Of a stretch of 64,000 bases of DNA, positions 54,243 to 64,000 are shown piece after piece; positions within the stretch are counted from its first letter, which is position 1, and each line of letters begins with the position of its first letter. The translations under genes and the position numbers were made by a program. This stretch comes from Eledone cirrhosa (Eukaryota): positions 115,258,001-115,322,000 of the forward strand of contig OZ024742.1 of NCBI GenBank assembly GCA_964016885.1. The letters run 5' to 3'. The notes below the pieces were generated by a model. That model did no database searches and was not told the DNA's origin. It saw nothing but the letters and a program-made list of their open reading frames with translations.

Positions 54243-55191
54243 CGTAAAAGACCAACCACAGTGCCATAACCATGCCTGTAGACTGCCGCATAATGCAGGA
54301 TGAATACTGATACAACATAATTTGACGCAAATATTAGCACCCCTCTGAACTACAGAAATGCAGAAATAATCTATATAAACAGAATCAAATGCTTTCAATA
54401 GACACTAGTACTTATACTTCAAATCTCGCAGAATAATTCCACTTATGGTGGAAAGTATATACAAAACAATGCAGGATGACATCAATTTTCTGGTGACAAG
54501 CGCATACACAATTGACGTGAATACAGATGCCATACACAGAGAGACAGATATATAGACTCTTAATTTATAGCTAAAAGAATTACAAAAATCACCAAAGGCA
54601 TACAGACGACGCGCAGAAGCACTGCGACAAACCACCCAAATTATCTACCAAATACCCTTATGGATACAAACGCACACAAAAGAAAACAGCCACTTCTACT
54701 AACACTCACATATAACATGCATCTGAACAGCATACCGTACGAATGAGATATCATTTAAATGAGGGTCCCGTGAAATAAAAAGAGAAAGAAATCCAAATCT
54801 TACGATACTGATTCCATAGAAAGTAATGTTAACTGCAACAGTTCCAAGATTGCTAAATTATACTATTTAAGTGACTTCTAGAGAGGTTATTATGCTTGTT
54901 TCATTTTGATTTTACTTTCATTATTTCCCAGCTACATTCCCAATATAACCAATGTTCTGTGAATCAAAACATAGTACCACCCCGAATAAATGGAGGTAGG
55001 TGAAGTTGAGGTAATCAGTTTAATAACTATTTTATGATGCAATCTTTACAGGTGTAAGATTCACCACCTGGCATTAAATCATAGAATATATAGATACGTG
55101 TATATATGTAGATAAATATACAAACACACACATAAATAACACATACACGCACACATACAAACACACACCCACACACACGCACACACACACA

Positions 55192-55224
<33 letters not shown>

Positions 55225-55234
55225 GTACATACAT

Positions 55235-55266
<32 letters not shown>

Positions 55267-55271
55267 TGGAG

Positions 55272-55382
55272 AAAGTATGACCGCGACGGCAGAGCTCAAG
55301 CCGTTTCGACGGCTATTTCTGGCTATTTAGACCAGAAATAGCCGTCGAGACGGCTTCAGCTCTGCTGTCGATGTCATACTTT
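55272..55382. repeat. Near-perfect ~110-bp hairpin
   Basis: AAAGTATGAC...GACGGCTATTTCTGG-loop-CCAGAAATAGCCGTC...GTCATACTTT. Confidence 0.92.
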
Positions 55383-55463
55383 TTCCTATTCCCAACTCTA
55401 CTACCCTAAGTATTGAGTATTCTGGTGCGTTATGGTGCATCTGGTTCCTTACGACAATTCCTT

Positions 55464-55523
<60 letters not shown>

Positions 55524-55529
55524 ATATAT

Positions 55530-58500
55530 GATGGCTGCAAACTCTGATTAGAGTATTGCAAACGCTTGTCAAATTCAGATGTCTGGCGCAAGGATATGGC
55601 TTTTCAAGCCTGCTAGAGACTTGCAGTCCTTCACATACTGACGACAACTATGAATCTCCCTGGCTTGAAGTCCTGCATCAGGTTGCCCGTGAACCCTCAC
55701 AACACTGTGGATATCGTAGTTTACTGGTTCTCTTTGAACATGTTTGCTGTGGCTCTTGAGACCAGATTTTCTTAAGCAAATCCTTCCACACTTCGGGCAC
55801 TACAATTCAATGGTGACACCGATCGTTTCGAGAGATACACCATGGCATTGCGTACGTATGTCCTGTTTAATCTTCTCGTGCTCTATGCGTCTGTCCTCAA
55901 AATTATGGACGCCATCATTCACCATTCCACGCGAAGTTCCTCTTTCAAGAGCTTCTATCTCTCAGTCAGCCATCATCAAACCAGTATTTTTCAAAGATTC
56001 CTTTACACAATCCTTGAATCGGAGCCTTGGCTTGTGAGGTGGTCTCTTACCCTCACAAATCTCGCCATACAAGAGTTGTTTTGGGATTCTATCATCCTTC
56101 ATTCTGTAGAGGTGTCCGGTCCATCGCAAACGCCGTTGGTGGATGATACTTTCAATGCTCGGACACTCACTTCTCTCAAGTAACTCAACATCACTCACAT
56201 GCATCTGCCAGTTGATAACGATCATCTTTCTGAGACACTACTGGTGAAACCGTTTCAGTCTGTGGATATGCTGTTTGTAGGCAAGCCATGTCTCACATGC
56301 ATACAGCAAAGCTGACAGTACACATGCAGCATACTCTCGCACCTTCGTCCTCATTGTGATTCCTCGCCTGCACCAAAGACGGTCGTTGAGCCTTCCAAAC
56401 TACTCACTTGCCTTACTAATACGTAGACCAACTACTGCATCCAGAAAGCAGGCTACCCTCAGAGTACTCCTCAAATACACAAATGTGTCAGCAACCTTCA
56501 GCTTTTGACGGAGGGTTTATTGAAACCTTTATCCGTAGCAGGTTGGTACATGACGACAGTCCTCTCCAGACTTATTGTCAGTCGCAAAGTACTGCACGCA
56601 TTGGGAAAATCATTCATAAGGTGTTGCATATCATTTTGGAAGTGTGCAAAGAGATCACAATCATCTCAGTACCTTAGTGTTCGCAGTGAGACGCCTGAGG
56701 TTAAACATCTTGCCGGAAGTGCGATATCTGAGATAGATACCGTGTTGTCAATCCGTGGAGACCATGAAGAACACCATTGCGAAATACAAGGCAAACAAAG
56801 TTGGTGAAGTTATATCGCCCTGTTTAACAGCACTTTCAAACGAGGTTGGCTCAGACAGTTTAACTCCAAAATGTACACATGCCTGCATGTCATCGTGGAA
56901 TAGTTTTAGAATGTTCACAAACTTTTCAGGACAGCCCCGTCTCTTCAAAATAACCCAAAGGCCTACCGATTAACGGAGTCAAATTCCTTGGTCAGATCGA
57001 CAAAACTTGGTATAAGTCCAAGCGCTGCTCAAAGATCATATCAGCAGTGCCTCTGCCATTCCTAAAGTCACATTGGGACTCAGGGAAGTACCTCAACAGC
57101 AATGTGCTGTATCAATCTGTCCAACAAAATCCTGCACAATATCTTACCAGCCACAGATAGCAGTGACATACATCTGTATTTGCCACAGTCATCTCTGTCT
57201 CCCTTTCCTTTGTAAAGTACCACCATCAATGCATTTTTCCAGTCCTGTGGTACATCTTCTTCATTCCAAACGTTCACAAAGAGAAGAGTGAGCTGGTTTA
57301 AGATGTTATCACCAGCACACTTGAAAATCTCGGCACTCAGTCCATCCATTCCTGGTGACTTGCCGCTGTTTAATTTGGCAATGGCCTTCGCAACCTCATC
57401 AAGTGAAGGAGGATCAGCCATTGCCAGCTTTGTAGGTCTGGATGTAATCGACCGGAGGAACTCATCATCAATTACTAATGGTCTGTTGAAAAGCTCATCA
57501 AAGTGTTCATGCCACCTGATCAGGATTTCCTTCGGATCTCTGAGCAATTTCTTGCTGTCCCTGGAGTGGTGATATTTGTGGACGGGTCGGACCATACAAC
57601 TCCCTGAGAAAACTGTATATGAGCTTTGTATCATGTCTATCTGAGGCCTTCTGGATTTCATCAGCCTTTTGGCTCCACCATGTATCCTGCATGGCTCTCA
57701 ATCGATGTTGCACACTTGCCTTGAGCTGCCGAAAAATCCGGTCACTACTGTCAGAATGTGTCTCACACAACAATCATGTCAGAACTGTTTGTTTCTCTTC
57801 AAGCAAGGTGTGGATCACTGCATCATTTTCATCGAACCGATCTTTATGCTTTCTATTGGTATCACCTAAAACTCCAGCACTAACATCATAGACGGTCTTC
57901 TTTAATGATTCCCACGTGTTTTCCCATTCCATGGAGTCATGGGACGCGACAGCTCAGCTCTGACTTTCTCTGTTTTCAGACGAGCCACGTTTAGATGGTT
58001 TGGATGTGCAACATTCTTCCTCCTTATTTTGGGCTTTTCAATAAATTGAAATTTGGCGCGCACCAGCCAATGGTCAGTGCAACATTTCACGCCTCGCAAT
58101 ACACGAACCAATGTGATATCCCTCATATCACGTTTCCTCGCTAAAACGAAGTCAATAAGGTGCCATTTCATGGAACATCGATGCATCTAAGTTTTGTTAT
58201 ATTTCTGCTGAAAAGGCGTATTCCCAACAATACCATCCATCTCAGTGCACATCTGCAACAGAAGTAGGCCATTGTTATTGCATTTACCTTCTCCATGCTT
58301 GCCCATCACACTCCAAGCGTCCCAGTCATTAACAACACGTGCATTAAAATCACCAAGGATGACAATCTTGTCTGCATAAGGTATACGTTGGATGACCTCT
58401 CTCAAAGACATGTAGAAACTTAGTTTTTTATCATCACTTGTACACATTGTAGCGGCACACACACTAACCAGAGACACAAAGCGGTTTTCAATCAAATGGA

Positions 58501-59417
58501 CTCTCATGGACATTATCGGATCATTGAGTCCATAAGTAAGATTTTCCAGCTTTGAGACGATTCCATTCCTGACAGCAAATGCGATCCCTGCCTCTCCCCT
58601 ACAACCCCCTGCACCACCACTACAATAGAAGGTATATCCTTCCTTCTGTTCTGTGAATTGATCCTCACCTGCCAATCTTGTTTTTGAAAGAGCAACGATG
58701 TCTATCCTATAGCAATTGAGTTCCCTCGACACTAAAGCAGATCTTATTTCAGGGTGAGTTTCAGTGGACTGGGAATCAAGTAAAGTTCTTACATTCCAGC
58801 ATCCAATATTCAGAGGTTTGAACCTCTTTGCAGTTGCAGGATGACGACTGGGCACACGCTGCGACGCCATGGGACACCTGCCGGGCCAGACCCCTTCACA
58901 ATATGTTCTAGAGCCCTTACTGTCATTGACTTAAAGGTTATCATCTGCCATCATAGAGTTTGGTGCACTTTCAGGCCTCTAGCCAGCCGCACGTACGTGT
59001 AACAGATCCTAAACAAACGATGCCTATGCTTTCAGGGGTTTTTTAGTTGGGAAAGGCCTTCCACGCGACCCATCCCACTCTCTGAGCATCGAAATCACTA
59101 CTCGAAAAGGGGAACTGGTCAACATCATCGGGTGCTTCCGAAGCCGCAGGGTTTTTTTTCAGAGTTTCTCTCTCCTAGAAAGGTGTTGTGACAACCACTA
59201 GGGGCCCTTCATTCCCAGTTAAAAAAAAGTACAATTTGGATGGACGTTGACACTGATGAGTTCCTCTGCCCTTTGCCGGGACTTGTATTTCATCCCGCAG
59301 AGTGCCAAATATCACCCTCCTCACCAAGCAAGCTTCGTGGTGTTGCCGGGTTAGTCGGCGTAGTACTAGGCAGGTAGTACTGGGTTAAATGGTACCAGCA
59401 GCACCCGAGAGGAACCT
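55530..59417 (-). mobile_element. RTE/BovB-like LINE, full-length, decayed
   Basis: APE LNIGCWNVRTLLD...IDIVALSKTRL...LGDFNARV; RT region GKSPGMDG, YKGKGDRDDCGKYR, VKQGD..SPTLF; RRLRWTGHLYRM..RIPKQLLYGE. Confidence 0.9.
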
Positions 59418-59459
59418 CACACACACACACGTACACACACACCCATCACATATATATGT

Positions 59460-61454
59460 ATATGTACATCCAATTCGACATCAATGATTACTACTCCTCC
59501 ATCACTTTACCAATTCTGCTTACAGCTATCAATTTTCCTAAAGCACTCACAATGATTAAGGATTTCGAAGTCGGTGATTAATTTCGACGACTCTATTTGG
59601 ATTAAAAAATTTAATAGTACCCCATTCGACGTGAGAATGGGCGCCAGCGATTCTGCGGAGGTTACTGATCTTATCAGCCTTTTCCTTCTTTTCTCTATCA
59701 AGGTCGAATTCCCCAACGTGGGCGGTGGTTTGTACCGTGATGATGGTCTTTTGACCATGACTAAGTGCGGCCCACGTGAAATAGATCCCGACGCATTATA
59801 TGGTATAAACCACACTATAATATGGAGGTGGCCACACCATTAGCTAAGATCTTTCATTCCCTTATTACGAAGCATTTCCCCCCTACACATAAATATAGCA
59901 ACATTTTTAATAGAAATAATATTAAAATGTCTTACTCTACGACTTATAACCTTGTACATGACATCAAAGCTGCAAATTTAGCTAAACTACCTAGCCGTAG
60001 GAACACCAGCAACCCTGTAGCTAGTACTAACTGTAATTGTAGGAATCGGGTTGATTGCCCCCTGTCCGGGAAATGCCTCTCTAGTAACATTGTTTACACA
60101 TGTGAGGTTGAAACACCCACGTCCCGTAGGGCCTATATAGGGTAACCGCCAATAGATTCAGGCAGCGTCTTTACATGCATATCCATTCTTTTCGTTACTC
60201 TCAAAGAAGGAATATGACGTCACTTTCAGCTTATATCTGGAGTCTAAAAGACAACCACACCCAATATAAGTCACACTGGGAAATCCTAGCTAGGGCTAGA
60301 TCGTATAACGGAAATAAAAGACCATGTGACCTCAGCACCGCCGAGGCGCTGGAAATACTCTACGCCACAGACCACATCTTAAACAAAAAATCGGAGGCAA
60401 TTTCGGCTTGTAAACATACATTGCACAAAACTTTCCTGTATTACAGCCCCACATTATACCCTAACGGATAGTACGATCTATACGCGGATATTTTACGTAT
60501 TGGTGTGGTAGCTAAGTATATGTTAAGTTTATACCATTACTTATTTGATTAGGTAAGTATATATTACATGTATGTTTTGTGAAGGTACGTATACTTTCTC
60601 GTACGTATATTTGATTGTATATGTTATGGCGTATATTTTATATTTGATGGTACATATGATTTTAGTTATGTGTATACGTAAGATTTGCGTCAGTGTGAGT
60701 ATGTGGGTTCATACGTATGTAGGGTGTCTGTATATGTGTACTTCGTGTTTTGGTTGACGCTCATCTCAAAACATTTGTGTATTTACATGTAGGTATGTGT
60801 GTGCGCTTGTTACATATCTTTTTAATTATTTATATACGTTTATTTAATTATTTATATACACGCACACACACACACATATTTATATGTGCGCGTAGTTGTA
60901 TACCTATGGCGAGTGTTTTCGCGTATGCTTGTGTATGTACGTATTTGGATGCGAGTATGTATTAATTTAATTTCAATTACCTCTGTATTTTATTTACTTT
61001 ATTTTTAACTCCGAATTGGAGAATCATTCGGTTTCCTAGTTAGAATTTTATTCTACGACTTCAATTATACCATTTACGTGGTTTTCTCTTTGCGTGCAAT
61101 TGTTTTCCACGCTCCACATATGAGGTATTATCTTCGTTGTTTGCTTTCATTGCTAGATAACGTCTCTATGAACCACCTAATAGAACATTAGTCTACGACT
61201 TCTTTCATACCATAAACGTGGTTTTGTCTTTGCGTGTAATTGTTTTTCACCGCTCCTATTAATGACGTATTATATTCGTTTTTTCCCGTTCTTTGCCAGG
61301 GTATCGTCTTCCAAAGTATCGTCTTCCTGTCTTCCTCCGGTTGCAACGTTTTTTTGAAATATTCACTTCTCCGTTCACAGATTGACTTTGTTAGTTTCAG
61401 AAGATCCCGTTAAGGTTGAAAGCACCGATTTTTTGCTTAAACTTTAATCTGTTA

Positions 61455-61460
<6 letters not shown>
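59460..61460 (+). mobile_element. Penelope-like element (5'-truncated, internally deleted) with 3' region
   Basis: YIQFDINDYYSSI, FDVRMGASDSAEV, GGLYRDDGL, CNCRNRVDCPLSGKCL..IVY...AYIG; ~90-bp direct repeat at ~61053 and ~61193. Confidence 0.85.
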
Positions 61461-61504
<44 letters not shown>

Positions 61505-61509
<5 letters not shown>

Positions 61510-62795
61510 TAATAAAAATAATGAATACAAACAAAGAAACAGTTCCTTATATTAAACAATTCATCATTTTACGATCGTTTCTAGGATATATATGTGTGTG
61601 TTGGTATGTATATCATATAGATCTATGTAAACAATTTACAAACTATCAGAGGGAATATACATCCCTACATATATATATGCTGTCTTCAGAAATAATGATA
61701 TTTGTTTATTGAAAAAAAACAACAAAGATTTAATATAATAGGTCTATTTGTGAACAGGTTTTGAATTGACCAATAGAAAAGTAGTAAGTGGTCAAGTTGA
61801 TAGAATAGTAGTAGTAGAAATTTAATTTAGGTGTAGAGGAATGCAGACTTCAGTTTTGAATGGAAAGAGTATTTTGAATGAAAAGATTACTTTGGGGATG
61901 AAAATAGGTCAAGCCGCTGAAAGGTGCACGAACATTTGATGTTATTAAAGAATAATGCTGATGTTAACATCTAAGGAGAATAAAACTGTACGATAAATGT
62001 GTTAGTGAAAAATATAAATCTTATTTAAAACATAAGGAATTTAGATCTATAAAAAGAAATTAAATTAATTTAATTGATAGGTATATTTATAGGGATAAAT
62101 TTAATATTAATTCATATAGATATGATAAATAAGAGTTAGATGTTATTAAAGAATGTTGTTAAAAACGAAGGAAACACATTTTTTTCTTTTTGAAGGGGGA
62201 TAAATGTATTAGTGAGAAATAACCAACTTATATAGATTACAAGGAATTTAGATTCATAACAGGACATTAAAATAGTTTATGTATACTTATTGGTATACAT
62301 TTTAGGAAAAGATAGCTGTAAAAGGGAAATAGAATTATGCAGTTCTTCGTAGTAGAATATTAATTATAGGTTAACTAATTTAAAAAATCGTTTTAATTAT
62401 AATAATTTGTAAAATATAAGTGTATATTAATGAGGTTTATAATATTTGAAAGTTTTTCTAATTCTATGATTGCACGATATAATTAATTATTGTCGCTTAT
62501 TTAATAGGATATCCTTAGATTTCATTATTTCAAAAAGTTCCTGGGAACATAATCTACATTCATATCTATTATTTTGATAAGGGGTGGCCTTTTTAAGCAC
62601 ACACCAGGCCAGGTTATAATCGATATTCTTTCTTCTATAATTATTAATTATTTCACTAAGGATGTTGTATTAGCTAATGCGGCATTTTTAAAACTGTGTT
62701 TGTGGGTATTAAATCTTACTTCAAATTGATTAGAAGTAGCTCCTATATATGAATAAGTTGAGTCCTTAGTGTTAATTTTACATTTATATACTATG
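61505..62795 (-). mobile_element. Penelope-like 3' fragment (GIY-YIG and terminus), same family as 22975-24840
   Basis: IVYKCKINTKDSTYSYIGATSNQFEVRFNTHKHSF and a collinear 3' region. Confidence 0.85.
61561..61699 (-). ncRNA. Type I hammerhead ribozyme, second copy of 23020-23164
   Basis: Identical stem I, CTGAAGA (61689-61683) and GAAACGATCGTA (61581-61570); stem II interior has diverged. Confidence 0.72.
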
Positions 62796-63045
62796 TATAT
62801 ATATACGCATGTAAGCCTAATGTATGACAGGTGACTTTTAAGTATAGTACTTTTAAGGATAGTACTTTTAAGTATCAATACTTGACATTTGCTCGGGATT
62901 CTTTTATCACAATAGCGCGTGAAATGTGGATGAAAATCGACAGTTAAATACGAGTTGGTGTATGACGGATGCGGTTAGTACGAAGCATTCGTTACAAGAA
63001 TGACGCCGTCCGTCACTTGGTTAACTGTTAGGTGGGCACGTACTG

Positions 63046-63137
<92 letters not shown>

Positions 63138-63140
63138 GTT

Positions 63141-63172
<32 letters not shown>

Positions 63173-64000
63173 CACAAGTATATGTGTTGGTAAATGTGTG
63201 TGCGTGTGTACAACATAGTTATTTACTTCCATTGTCTGACGATTAGCGTATTCAATATATTGATATCAGCAATGTTGTTTAAATACATATACTACTAAAT
63301 TATTGGCCTGCCATGATCTGAATATTTTACCTACTTACTCGTAGAATAAACATCGCTCTGTTGAAACATTAGTTCTCATTTTGTTATTCAGCGTCTCTCA
63401 TTCGGTATTCAAAACCAGTTAAAAGAAGTAATTTAACAGCAATTACGACTTGAACTCTAGCATGATTGTAATAGTTGGAATTTCTTTGATTTGAACGTTT
63501 TGGGGGAAATTACTTTGAAGGGTGATGTTGGAGATGATGAGGATGACTGAAAAGGAAAAAAATCTAGAACGTATTGCCGCAGAATTTAAATACTTTGATC
63601 AGAAATTGTATTGAGCAGAGAAATTGCTGATCTACGCAGCAACACTCTAACTCAGGAATTTATTGATAGTAGCCATCCTACAACGGCAAATATCTTAGAA
63701 CTTTTAATTCTATTTCCTTGATTTTACAGACGGTGGTGTTGCTTGTTATGCCTCTAGTCATGTAATATATGGGTTATGGGGAGGTCCAGAATTTACTGAG
63801 AAATATATCTGAAATGAGTTATAAATCTTAGTGTATAGAATCCACGCAAGTTATTGTATTCTAAACAGTGGAATTTCTCGGGCATATTTATATTATATAT
63901 GTCTGTCTCACGTACATTATCTCAGCTAATAATTTTAAAATTATGATGTAGTTGGTGGGATTCTAGTGCTAATCCACTTCAGAATAAGGTGCTCTTTTAA

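Noticed and set aside
59250-59320. CTGATGA plus hairpin antisense to the RTE 5'UTR
   Set aside because: No GAAA after the stem; the hairpin belongs to the RTE UTR on the other strand.
62832-62885. 15-bp tandem repeat as a CRISPR-like array
   Set aside because: No spacers and a eukaryotic context; simple slippage repeat.

Overview
AT-rich animal genomic DNA made almost entirely of non-LTR retroelements and microsatellites. I can support no host gene. The SINE and repeat landscape looks cephalopod/octopus-like, which is an inference. Contents: (i) R4/Dong-type RLE retrotransposons of two families, including one full-length copy with an intact 1216-aa ORF; (ii) Tx1/L1-type elements of several ages; (iii) one decayed RTE/BovB-like element; (iv) five Penelope-like (RT + GIY-YIG) remnants; (v) tRNA-derived Meta-domain-like SINEs. 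Two patterns stand out. First, Tx1 and R4/Dong elements share (TAA/TTA)n tracts, often SINE tails, with strictly opposite polarity. This gives three head-to-head Tx1/R4 pairs, one of them directly fused without spacer. Second, several hammerhead ribozyme motifs, some with canonical and some with variant cores, sit in Penelope termini and in non-coding fold-back inverted repeats. All alignments and folds were done by eye, so boundaries are approximate.
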